Positions 10,471 through 22,600 of a stretch of 64,000 bases of DNA are shown piece by piece. Numbering within the stretch: the stretch's first letter is position 1; every line of letters starts with the position of its first letter. The notes beneath the pieces were generated by a model, which did no database searches, had not been told where the DNA came from, and saw only the letters and a list, made by a program, of their open reading frames with translations. The stretch is from Eledone cirrhosa (Eukaryota). Where the stretch lies: assembly GCA_964016885.1 (NCBI GenBank), contig OZ024744.1, forward strand, positions 12,834,001 through 12,898,000. Reading direction: 5' to 3'. Position numbers and translations under genes: made by a program.

Positions 10471-10758
10471 TAATGTCTGTACGTAATGAGGGAGTGAGAG
10501 GGGAGAGAAAGAAAGGCAGAGGTGAAGTGACGAAGTGACTCTCTCCTCCTCCATCTCCTCATTCGTCACAGCGATAGAGGGGAGGAATGTTAGTGTTACA
10601 AAGAGAAAGAGTGAGAGTGACAGAAATAGACAAACTAAAAGAGATGGATAGCTGGAGAGAGAGAGAGATAGCAACCACGCGCGCACGTGTTTCCACTGTC
10701 GGTCAGACAGACAGAGAAATCGCTGGTTATATATTATAAGGAGATAAAAGAAAGTTTA

Positions 10759-10995
10759 TTGGCTGGTTGGGTGGTTGGGTGGGTGGTTGGTTGGTTGGCT
10801 AATTGGTTGGTTGGTTGTTTGGTTGGTTGGTTTGCTGGTTGGCTGGTTGGGTGGGTGGTTGGTTGGGTGGTTGGTTTGCTGGTTGGTTGGTTAGTTGGTT
10901 GGATGGTTGGTTGGTTGGTTAGTTGGTTAGTTGGTTGGTTGGCTGGTTGGGTGGGTGGTTGGATGAGTGGTTGGTTGGGTGGTTGGTTGGTTGGC

Positions 10996-11029
<34 letters not shown>

Positions 11030-12670
11030 GTTGGTTGGGTGTTTGGGTGGGTGGTTGGTTGGTTGGTTGGTTGGCTGGTGGGTTGGTTAGTTGGTTGGTT
11101 GGCTGGTTGGGTGGTTGGTTGGTTGGTTGGCTAATTGGTTGGTTGGTTGGTTGTTTGGTTGGTTGGTTGGCTGGTTGGCTGATGGGTGGCTGGTTGGTTG
11201 GTTTGCTGGTTGGTTAGCTGGTTGGCTGGTTGGCTGGTTGGTTTGCTGGTTGGGTGGTTGGTTGGTTGGTTGGCTGGTTGTTTGGGTGGGTGGTTGGATG
11301 GGTGGTTGATTGGTTGGTTGGTTGGTTAGTTGGTTGGTTGGTTGGTTGGTTGGTTGGATAGTTGGGCGGGTGGTTGGTTGGGTGGTTGGGATGGTGGGTG
11401 GTTGGTTGCGTGGTTGGGTAGGTGGGTGGTTGGTTGGGTGGTTGTTTGGTTAGTTGGTTGGTTGGCTGGTTGGGTGGGTGGTTGGTTGGGTGGTTGGGTG
11501 GTTGGATTGCTGGTTGGTTGGTTGGCTGGTTGTTTGGTTGGTTGGTTGGCTGGTTGGTTGGCTGGTTGGGTGGGTGGGTGGTTGTTTGGTTGTTTGGTTG
11601 GTTGGCTGGTTGGGCGGGTGGTTGGTTGGGTGATTGGTTTGCTGGTTCGTTGGTTGGTTGGCTGGTTGGCTGGTTGGTTGGCTGGTTGGTGGGTGGTTGG
11701 TTGGGTGGTTGGTTGGCTGGTTGGTTGGTTGTCTGGTTGGCTGGTTGGTGGGCTGGTTGGGTGGTTGGTTGGGTGGTTGGCTGGTTGTTTGGGTGGTTGG
11801 TTGGCTGGTTGGCTGGTTGGGTGGTTGGTTGGGTGGTTGGTTGGTTGGCTGGTTGGGTGGGTGGTTGGTTGCGTGGTTGGTTGGTTGGGTGGTTGGTTGG
11901 TTTGCTTGTTGGTTGTTTGGTTGGTTGGCTGGTTGGCTGGTTGGTTGTCTGGTTGGCTGGTCGGGTGGGTGGGTGGTTGGTTGGTTGGTTGGCTGGTTGG
12001 TTCTTTGGTTGGTTAGCTGGTTGGTTGGTTGGTTGGCTGGGTGGGTGGGTAGGTGGTTGGCTGGTTGGGTGGGTGGTTGGTTGGGTGGTTGGTTGGTTCG
12101 TTGGCTGGTTGGCTGGTTGGTTGTTTGGTTGGCTGGGTGGTTGGTTGGCTGGTTGGTTGGTTGGCCTGGTTGTTTGGCTGGTTGGCTGGTTGGTTGGTTG
12201 GTTGGCTGGTTGGATGGGTGGGTGGTTGTGTGGTTGAGTGGGTGGTTGGTTGGGTGGTTGGCTGGTTGTGTGGTTGGTTGGGTGGTTGGTTGGTTGGCTG
12301 GTTGGTTGGTTGGGTGGTTGGTTGGGTGGTTGGTTGGCTGATTCGCTGGTTGGTTGTTTGGTTGGTTGGTTGGTTGGTTGTTTGGTTGGCTGGTTGGTTG
12401 GTTGGGTGGTTGGTTGGTTGGCTGGTTGGCTGGTTGGTTGGTTGGTTGTTTGGTTGGTTGGTTGGCTGGTTGGTTAGTTGGTTGGTTGGTTGGCTGGTTG
12501 GGTGGTTGGTTGGCTGGTTGGGTGGTTGTTTGTTTGTTTGGGTGGTTGGGTGGTTGGTTTGCTGGTTGGTTGGTTAGTTGGTTGGATGGTTGGTTGGTTG
12601 GTTAGTTGGTTGGTTGGCTGGTTGGGTGGGTGGTTGGATGAGTGGTTGGTTGGGTGGTTGGTTGGTTGGC

Positions 12671-12704
<34 letters not shown>

Positions 12705-15700
12705 GTTGGTTGGGTGTTTGGGTGGGTGGTTGGTTGGTTGGTTGGTTGGCTGGTGGGTTGGTTAGTTGGTTGGTTGGCTGGTTGGGTGGTTGGTTGGTTG
12801 GTTGGCTAATTGGTTGGTTGGTTGGTTGTTTGGTTGGTTGGTTGGCTGGTTGGCTGATGGGTGGCTGGTTGGTTGGTTTGCTGGTTGGTTGGCTGGTTGG
12901 CTGGTTGGTTTGCTGGTTGGGTGGTTGGTTGGTTGGTTGGCTGGTTGTTTGGTTGGGTGGTTGGATGGGTGGTTGATTGGTTGGTTGGTTGGTTAGTTGG
13001 TTGGTTGGTTGGGTGGTTGGGCGGGTGGTTGGTTGGGTGGTTGGGATGGTGGGTGGTTGGTTGGGTGGTTGGGTGGGTGGGTGGTTGGTTGGGTGGTTGT
13101 TTGGTTAGTTGGTTGGTTGGCTGGTTGGTTGGGTGGTTGGGTGGTTGGATTGCTGGTTGGTTGGTTGGCTGGTTGTTTGGTTGGTTGGTTGGCTGGTTGG
13201 TTGGCTGGTTGGGTGCGTGGTTGTTTGGTTGGTTGGCTGGTTGGCTGGTTGGTTGGCTGGTTGGTGGTTGGTTGGTTGGGTGGTTGGTTGGCTGGTTGGT
13301 TGGTTGTCTGGTTGGCTGGTTGGTTGGCTGGTTGGGTGGTTGGTTGGTTGGTTGGCTGGTTGTTTGGGTGGTTGGTTGGCTGGTTGGCTGGTTGGGTGGT
13401 TGGTTGGGTGGTTGGTTGGTTGGCTGGTTGGGTGGGTGGTTGGTTGCGTGGTTGGTTGGTTGTGTGGTTGGTTGGTTTGCTTGTTGGTTGTTTGGTTGGT
13501 TGGCTGGTTGGCTGGTTGGTTGTCTGGTTGGCTGGTCGGGTGGGTAGGTGGTTGGTTGGTTGGTTGGCTGGTTGGTTCTTTGGTTGGTTAGCTGGTTGGT
13601 TGGTTGGTTGGTTGGCTGGGTGGGTGGGTAGGTGGTTGGCTGGTTGGGTGGGTGGTTGGTTGGGTGGTTGGTTGGTTCGTTGGCTGGTTGGCTGGTTGGT
13701 TGTTTGGTTGGCTGGGTGGTTGGTTGGCTGGTTGGTTGGTTGGCCTGGTTGGTTGGTTGGCTGGTTGGTTGGTTGGTTGGCTGGTTGGATGGGTGGGTGG
13801 TTGTGTAGTTGAGTGGGTGGTTGGTTGGGTGGTTGGCTGGTTGTGTGGTTGGGTGGGTGGTTGGTTGGTTGGCTGGTTGGTTGGTTGGGTGGTTGGTTGG
13901 CTGGTTGGTTGGCTGATTCGCTGGTTGGTTGTTTGGTTGGTTGGTTGGTTGGTTGTTTGGTTGGCTGGTTGGTTGGTTGGCTGGTTGGTTGGTTGGCTGG
14001 TTGGCTGGTTGGTTGGTTGGTTGTTTGGTTTGTTGGTTGGCTGGTTGGTTAGTTGGTTGGTTGGTTGGCTGGTTGGGTGGTTGGTTGGCTCTTTGGGTGG
14101 TTGTTTGTTTGTTTGGGTGGTTGGGTGGTTGGTTGGGTGGTTGGTTGGTTGGGTGGTTGTTTGGTTAGTTGGTTGGTTGGCTGGTTGGGTGGGTGGTTGG
14201 TTGGGTGGTTGGGTGGTTGGGTGGTTGGTTGGTTGGGTGGGTGGTTGGTTGGTTGTTTGGGTGGGTAGTTGGTTGGTTGGTTGGTTTGTTGGTTGGGTGG
14301 TTGGTTGGGTGTGTGGTTGGTTGGTTGGGTGGTTGGTTTGTTGGTTGGGTGGTTGGTTGGGCGGGTGGTTGGTTGGGTGGTTGGCTGGTTGTTTGGGTGG
14401 TTGGTTGGTTGGTTGGCTGGTTGGGTGGTTGGTTGGGTGGTTGGTTGGTTGGCTGGTTGGGTGGGTGGTTGGTTGCGTGGTTGGTTGGTTGTGTGGTTGG
14501 TTGGTTTGCTTGTTGGTTGTTTGGTTGGTTGGCTGCTTGGCTGGTTTGGTGGGTGGGTGGTTGGTTGGTTGTGTGTCTGGTTGGTTGGCTGGTTGGCTGG
14601 TTGGTTGGTTGGTTGTTTGGTTAGTTCGTTGGTTGTGTGGTTGTTTGTTTGGCTGCTTGGTTGGTTGGGTGGTTGGTTGTTTGGTTGGTTGGTTGGTTGG
14701 TTGGGTGGTTGGTTGTTTGGTTGTTTGGTTGGTTGTTTGGTTTGTTGGTTGGCTGGTTGGCTGGTTGGCTGGTTGGTTGGTTTGCTGCTTGGCTGGTTGG
14801 TTGGTTGGCTGGTTGGTTGGGTGGTTGGTTGGTTGGTTGGGTGGTTGGTTGGTTGGGTGGTTGGTTGGGTGGTTTGGTGGTTGGTTGGGTGGTTGTTTGG
14901 GTGGTTGGCTGGTTGTTTGGGTGGTTGGTTGGCTGGTTGGCTGGTTGGGTGGTTGGTTGGGTGGTTGGTTGGCTGGTTGGGTGGGTGGTTGGTTGCGTGG
15001 TTGGTTGGTTGGGTGGTTGGTTGGTTTGCTTGTTGGTTGTTTGGTTGGTTGGCTGGTTGGCTGGTTGGTTGTCTGGTTGGCTGGTCGGGTGGGTGGGTGG
15101 TTGGTTGGTTGGTTGGCTGGTTGGTTCTTTGGTTGGTTAGCTGGTTGGTTGGTTGGTTGGCTGGGTGGGTGGGTAGGTGGTTGGCTGGTTGGGTGGGTGG
15201 TTGGTTGGGTGGTTGGTTGGTTCGTTGGCTGGTTGGCTGGTTGGTTGTTTGGTTGGCTGGGTGGTTGGTTGGCTGGTTGGTTGGTTGGCCTGGTTGGTTG
15301 GTTGGTTGGCTGGTTGGTTGGTTGGTTGGTTGGATGGGTGGGTGGTTGTGTAGTTGAGTGGGTGGTTGGTTGGGTGGTTGGCTGGTTGTGTGGTTGGGTG
15401 GGTGGTTGGTTGGTTGGCTGGTTGGTTGGTTGGGTGGTTGGTTGGTTGGTTGGTTGGCTGATTCGCTGGTTGGTTGTTTGGTTGGTTGGTTGGTTGGTTG
15501 TTTGGTTGGCTGGTTGGTTGGTTGGGTGGTTGGTTGGTTGGCTGGTTGGCTGGTTGGTTGGTTGGTTGTTTGGTTGGTTGGTTGGCTGGTTGGTTAGTTG
15601 GTTGGTTGGTTGGCTGGTTGGGTGGTTGGTTGGCTGGTTGGGTGGTTGTTTGTTTGTTTGGTTGGTTGGTTGGTTGGTTGGGTGGTTGGCTGGTTGGTTG

Positions 15701-18105
15701 GTTGGGTGGTTGGTTGGGTGGTTGGTTGGTTGGCTGGTTAGCTGGTTGGTTGGTTGGTTGTTTGGTTGGTTGGTTGGCTGGTTGGGTGGTTGGTTGGCTG
15801 GTTGGGTGGTTGGGTGGTTGGCTGGTTGGCTGGTTGGGTGGTTGTTTGTTTGTTTGGGTGGTTGGGTGGTTGGTTGGTTGGCTGGTTGGGTGGTTGTATT
15901 GTTGAGTGGGTGGTTGGTTGGGTGGTTGGCTGGTTGTGTGGTTGGTTGGGTGGTTGGTTGGTTGGCTGGTTGGTTGGTTGGGTGGTTGGTTGGGTGGTTG
16001 GTTGGTTGGCTGATTCGCTGGTTGGTTATTTGGTTGGTTGGTTGGTTGTTTGGTTGGCTGGTTGGTTGGTTGGGTGGTTGGCTGGTTGGTTGGTTGGGTG
16101 GTTGGTTGGGTGGTTGGTTGGTTGGCTGGTTAGCTGGTTGGTTGGTTGGTTGTTTGGTTGGTTGGTTGGCTGGTTGGGTGGTTGGTTGGCTGGTTGGTTG
16201 GTTGGGTGGTTGATTGGTTGGCTGGTTGGGTGGTTGTTTGTTTGTTTGGGTGGTTGGGTGGTTGGTTGGTTGGCTGGTTGGGTGGTTGTTTGTTTGTTTG
16301 GGTGGTTGGGTGGTTGGTTGGTTGGGTGTGTGGTTGGGTTTGTTGTTTGGGTGGTTGGTTGTGTGTGTGGTTGTTTGGTTAGTTGGTTGGGTGGGTGGTT
16401 GGTTGGTTGGTTGGGTGGGTAGTTGGTTGGTTGGTTTGTTGGTTGGGTGGTTGGTTGGGTGTGTGGTTGGTTGGGTGGGTGGTTGGTTTGTCGATTGGGT
16501 GGTTGGTTGGGTGTGTGTTTGGTCGGGTGGTTGGTTGGGTGGTTGTTTGTTTGTTTGGGTGGTTGGTTGGTTGGTTGGTTGGCTGGGTGGGTGGTTGGTT
16601 GGTTGGTTGGGTGGTTGGTTGGTTGGTTGGTTGGGTGGTTGGCTGGTTGGTTGGTTGGCTGGTTGGTTGGTTGGTTGGTTGGCTGGTTGGTTGTCTGGTT
16701 GGCTGGTTGGTTGGCTGGTTGGGTGGTTGGTTGGTTGGCTGGTTGTTTGGGTGGTTGGTTGGCTGGTTGGGTGCTTGGTTGGATGGTTGGTTGGTTGGCT
16801 GGTTGGGTGGGTGGTTGGTTGCGTGGTTGGTTGGTTGGGTGGTTGGTTGGTTGGTTTGCTTGTTGGTTGTTTGGTTGGTTGGCTGGTTGGCTGGTTTGGT
16901 GGGTGGGTGGTTGGTTGGTTGTGTGGTTGGTTGGTTGGCTGGTTGGCTGGTTGGTTGGTTGGTTGGTTGTTTGGTTGGTTGGTTGGTTGTGTGGTTGTTT
17001 ATTTGGCTGCTTGGTTGCTTGGGTGGTTGGTTGTTTGGTTGGTTGGTTGGGTGGCTGGTTGTTTGGTTGGTTGTTTGGTTTGTTGGCTGGCTGGTTGGCT
17101 GGTTGGTTGGTTGGTTTGCTGCTTGGCTGGTTGGTTGGTTTGCTGGTTGGGTGGTTGGTTGGTTGGTTGGGTGGTTGGTTGGTTGGGTGGTTGGTTGGTT
17201 GCTTTGCTGGTTGGGTGGTTGGTTGGTTGGTTGGTTGGTTGGTTGGTTGGTTGGGTGGTTGGTTGGGTGGTTTGGTGGTTGGTTGGGTGGTTGGTTTGTT
17301 GGGTGGTTGGTTGTTTGGTAGGTTGGGTGGTTGGTTGGGTGATTGGTTGTTCGTTTGTTTGGGTGGTTGGTTGGTTGGTTGGGTGGGTGGTCCGGTGGTT
17401 GGTTGGTTGGTTGGATGGTTGGTTGGTTGGGTGGTTGGTTTGTTGGGTGGTTGGTTGGTTGGATGGTTGGTTGGTTGTGTGGTTTGTTGGTTGTTTGGGT
17501 GGTTGGTTGGTTGGTTAGGTGGTTGGTTGGTTGGGTGGGTGGTTGGGTGGATGGGTGGGTGGTTGGGTGGTTTAGTGGGTGGTTGGGATGTTGGTTGGTT
17601 GGTTGTGTTGTTGGATGGTTGGTTGGTTGGCTGGTTGGTTTGTTGTTTGGATGGGTGGTTGGGTGGTTTGGTGGTTGGGTGGTTGGGTGGGTGGTTGGGT
17701 GGTTGGTTGTTTGTTTGTTAGGGTGGTTGGTTGTTTGTTTGTTTGGGTGGTTGGGTGGTTGGTTGGTTGGTTGGTTGGGTGTGTGGTTGCGTGGTTGGTT
17801 GGTTGGGTGGTTGGTTGGTTGGTTGGGTGGTTGGGTTTGTTGGTTGGGTGGTTGGTTGTGTGTGTGGTTGGTTGGTTATTTGGTTGGGTGCGTGGTTGGT
17901 TGGTTGGGTGGGTAGTTGGTTGGTTGGTTTGTTGGTTGGGTGGTTGGTTTGGTGTGTGGTTGGTTGTTGGGTGGTTGGTTTGTTGGTTGGGTGGTTGCTT
18001 GGGTGTCTGTTTGGTTGGTTGGTTGGGTGGTTGGTTTGTTGGTTGGGTGGTTGGTTGGGTGTGTGGTTGGTTGGTTGGTTGGTTGGTTGGATGGTTGGAT
18101 GGTTG
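10759..18105 (+). repeat. 7.3-kb degenerate (GGTT/GGGT/GGCT)n tetranucleotide array
   Basis: Read directly; explains all the W/L/V/G-rich ORFs in the track. Confidence 0.98.
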
Positions 18106-18136
18106 TATCAAACGAAAACTCGACACACACACATCT

Positions 18137-18145
18137 AGAGAGAGA

Positions 18146-18197
<52 letters not shown>

Positions 18198-18240
18198 CAG
18201 AGGGAGATGGAGAGGCTGAAAGAGAGAGATAGGCCATTAT
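18137..18240 (+). repeat. (GA)n microsatellite
   Basis: Read directly. Confidence 0.93.
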
Positions 18241-18742
18241 ACAGAGAGAGATACTAAAGTATTAGATATTCAGAGAGAGAGTTACGTACCACAAAAGTAT
18301 AGAAATAACTTAAACTATAGATCCTTTGAACTATAGGAAGGTTTAACAATATTTCGTTAGCTTTTATAAAGTAGTTTTACAGTCTTTGATTTTCCAGAAC
18401 AAAGAAAAACTGATACTATTTGAAATTAATCTCCCCTCCAGCTTTTATCCATATACTGCTTACAGTCCGTACTAATGAAGCTAAACACTTCAGAAGCAAT
18501 GTTATGTGGTATATTGCTGTGTTTCAGATGACGTCCTTTGGAGCTGAATAAGATCGTACTGACTATGGTTATTTCACAACATTTAAAATCCAAGGCCAAT
18601 GCTACCATTTAATCAGCAGTTTACTCCCCTAGCCTAATAAAGAAGTTTTATGATTGTTTTTTTTTATGTTTCTCACATACACACACCCACATTATGGTCT
18701 CACCTTATACAATCCATCCAATACAGTCGTTTTCTCTGTTCT

Positions 18743-18771
18743 CCCGGGCGAAGCCGGGTACCTCAGGTAGT
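18743..18771 (+). mobile_element. Helitron-like 3' terminus (GC hairpin plus degenerate CTAGT)
   Basis: CCCGGGCGAAGCCGGG-TACCTCAG-GTAGT. Confidence 0.55.
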
Positions 18772-19032
18772 ATAATATAAAGGAAGGGGTGGACAACCGA
18801 ACCACTACCAGAGCAAAAGATAACAGTATCGCAAGGAACTCCGGGAAACCTCTCTAATGACTCTTTTAGGCAAGCCGCAGAAATGTTGAGCGATCGGACA
18901 TTTTGAATTTGGAAGTTAGTAGCTACAACAATTTTTTACGATGAAAAATAAGTTGGGATCCACTGTACAAATTGGTTCCGTCTCCTATAATGCCCAACTC
19001 AACTATTTTTCATAGTCAACTTTCAAATTCAA

Positions 19033-19034
19033 AT

Positions 19035-19069
<35 letters not shown>

Positions 19070-19078
19070 TATATTTAT
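19033..19078 (+). repeat. (ATTT)n microsatellite
   Basis: Read directly. Confidence 0.9.
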
Positions 19079-19260
19079 CTGCATTCCTGCCAAGGAGCTG
19101 AGGTCAGGCTGGGCACCGCCGGCAATATAAATATTCTATATATAGTTGTATAAATAACATTACAAATTGATTATAATTCTTACAGAATGAAAATATAAAC
19201 GCAAATAATATTTACAATATATTATTGCTGAGAACCTTGTAAATTTAATACACAAAAATA

Positions 19261-19610
19261 TTGGTGGCGGAACTCTGGAGAAAGTCGGACATTAACAAGA
19301 CCCTTGGGTGCACTGAATATGAGGTCGTTGAAGGCGTTGCAGAGACGACAAGAATCTATAAAAGAGACCAACTGAGGAAATACAACAACTTAGGAATCGA
19401 CAATTTCGAAACCTAGATAAAACATTGGTGAGGCTCAATAGCCTCAACGTTTTTTAAAAGTTGCTCGAGGCTAGCCAATTTAGATCTGAATATTGAGTTG
19501 AAGGCTTGGACAGTAGATCAAAGAGTCACTCCAGATAAAGCCACTTATTCTCTAAATTGAGAGATCACAGCAGCGATGCTATGGTTATGAGGTTAGAATG
19601 TCACAGGATA
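19261..19610 (-). pseudogene. Decayed fragment of a CRE-like non-LTR retrotransposon RT (post-catalytic/thumb region)
   Basis: Manual translation: ...AAVISQFRE*VALSGVTL*STVQAFNSIFRSKLASLEQLLKNVEAIEPHQCFI*VSKLSIPKLLYFLS, then after a frameshift LCNAFNDLIFSAPKGLVNVRLSPEFRHQ. This resembles the recalled HQA..LL...L.IPKL.Y.LR...FD..I...L..I.NV.L....W.Q pattern of CRE-type RTs. Confidence 0.55.
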
Positions 19611-22600
19611 TCAGAGAGTCACTCCAGTTAAAGCTACTAATTCTCTAAATTGAGAGATCACAACTCCCATACTATGGACATGTGGTTAGAATGTCTCAGT
19701 AGATCAGAGTGTCACTCCAGTTAAAGCTACTCTCTAAATTGAGAGATCACAACTCCCATACTATGGACATGTGGTTGGAATGTCTCAGTAGATCAGAGTG
19801 TCACTCCAGTTAAAGCTACTAATTCTCTAAATTGAGAGATCACAACTCCAATACTATGGACATGTGGTTAGAATGTCTCAGTAGATCAGAGAGTCACTCC
19901 AGTTAAAGCTACTCTGTAAATTGAAACATCACAACTCCAATACTATGGACATGTGGTTTGAATGTCTCAGTAGATCAGAGAGTCACTCCAGTTAAAGCTA
20001 CTAATTCACTAAATTGAGAGATCACAACTCCCATACTATGGACATGTGGTTAGAATGTCTCAGTAGATCAGAGAGTCACTCCAGTTAAAGCCACTCTCTA
20101 AATTGAGAGATCACAACTCCCATACTATGGACATGTGGTTAGAATGTCTCAGTAGATCATAGTGTCACTCCAGTTAAAGCTACTCTCTAAATTGAGAGAT
20201 CTAAACTCCCATACTACAGACATGTGGTTAGAATGTCTCAGTAGATCAGAGAGTCACTCCACTTAAAGCCACTAATTCTCTAAATTGAGAGATCACAACT
20301 CCAATACTACGGACATGTGGTTAGAATGTCTCAGTAGAACAGAGAGTCACTCCAGTTAAAGCCACTAATTCTCTAAATTGAGAGATCACAACTCCCATAC
20401 TATGGACATGTGGTTAGAATGTCTCAGTAGATCAGAGTGTCACTCCAGTTAAAGCTACTCTCTAAATTGAGAGATCACAACTCCAATACAATGGACATGT
20501 GGTTAGAATGTCTCAGTAGATCAGAGAGTCACTCCAGTTAAAGCTACTCTGTAAATTGAGAGATCACAACTCCCAAATAATGTACATGGGGTTAGAACGT
20601 CTCAGTAGATCCGAGAGTCACTCCAGTTAAAGCCACTCTCTAAATTGAGAGATCGCAACTCCCATACTATGGACATGTGGTTAGAATGTCTCAGTAGATC
20701 AGAGTGTCAGTCCAGTTAAAGTTACTCTCTAAATTGAGAGATCACAACTCCCATACTATGGTCATGTGGTTAGAATGTCTCAGTAGATCCGAGTGTCACT
20801 CCAGTTAAAGCCACTCTCTAAATTGAGAGATCACAACTCCCATACTATGGACATGTGGTTAGAATGTCTCAGTAGATCAGAGAGTCACTCCAGTTAAAGC
20901 CACTCACTAAATTGAGAGATCACAACTCCCATACTATGGACATGTGGGTAGAATGTCTCAGTAGATCAGAGAGTCACTCCAGTTAAAGCTACTCTCTAAA
21001 TTGAGAGATCACAACTCCCATACTACGGACATGTAGTTAGAATGTCTCAGTAGATCAGAGTGTGACTCCAGTTAAAGCTACTAGTTCTCTAAATTGAGAG
21101 ATCACAACTCCCATACTATGGACATGTGGTTAGAATGTCTCAGGAGTTCAGAGAGTCACTCCAGTTAAAGCTACTCTCTAAATTGAGAGATCACAACTCC
21201 CATACTATGGACATGTAGTTAGAATGTCTCAGTAGATCAGAGTGTCACTCCAGTTAATGTCACTAATTCTCTAAATTGAGAGATCAAAACTCCAATACTA
21301 CAGACATGTGGTTAGAATGTCTCAGCAGATCAGAGAGTCACTCCAGTTAAAGCAACTCTCTAAATTGAGAGATCACAACTCCCATACTATGGACATGTGG
21401 TTAGAATGTCTCAGGAGATCAGAAAGTCACTCCAGTTCAAGCTACTCTCTAAATTGAGAGATCACTACTCCCATACTATGGTCATGTGGTTAGAATGTCT
21501 CAGTAGATCAGAGTGTCACTCCAGTTAAAGCTACTAATTCTCTAAATTGAGAGATCACATCTCCAATACTATGGACATGGGGTTAGAATGTCTCAGTAGA
21601 TCAGAGAGTCACTCCCTTTAAAGCTACTAGTTCTCTAAATTGAGAGATCACAACTCCCATACTATGGACATGTGGTTAGAATGTCTCAGTAGATCAGAGT
21701 GTCACTCCAGTTAAAGCTACTCTCTAAATTGAGAGATCACAACTCCCATACTATGGTCATGTGGTTAGAATGTCTCAGTAGATCAGAGTGTCACTCCAGT
21801 TAAAGCTACTAATTCTCTAAATTGAGAGATCACATCTCCAATACTATGGACATGGGGTTAGAATGTCTCAGTAGATCAGAGAGTCACTCCCTTTAAAGCT
21901 ACTAGTTCTCTAAATTGAGAGATCACAACTCCCATACTATGGACATGTGGTTAGAATGTCTCAGTAGATCAGAGTGTCACTCCAGTTAAAGCTACTCTCT
22001 AAATTGAGAGATCACAACTCCCATACTATGGTCATGTGGTTAGAATGTCTCAGTAGATCAGAGTGTCACTCCAGTTAAAGCTACTAATTCTCTAAATTGA
22101 GAGATCACAACTCCAATACTATGGACATGGGGTTAGACTGTCTCAGGAGATCAGAAAGTCACTCCAGTTCAAGCTACTCTCTGAATTGAGAGATCACTAC
22201 TCCCATACTATGGTCATGGGGTTAGAATGTCTCAGTAGATGAGAGTGTCACTCCAGTTAAAGCTACTAATACTGTAAATTGAGAGATCACAACTCCAATA
22301 CTATGGACATAGGGGTAAGAATGTCTCAGTAGATCAGAGAGTCACTCCAGTTAAAGCCACTAATTCTCTAAATTGAGAGATCACAACTCTGTTACTATGG
22401 ACATGGGGTTAGAATGTCTCAGTAGATGAGAGTGTCACTCCAGTTAAAGCTACTCTCTAAATTGAGAGATCACAACTCCCAAATAATGTACATGGGGTTA
22501 GAACGTCTCAGTAGATCAGAGAGTCACTCCAGTTAAAGCCACTCTCTAAATTGAGAGATCACAACTCCCATACTATGGTCATGGGGTTAGAATGTCTTAG

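Noticed and set aside
10687-18257. Many long W/L/V/G-rich ORFs (up to 869 aa)
   Set aside because: Artefacts of a stop-poor GGTT tetranucleotide repeat, open in all three frames.
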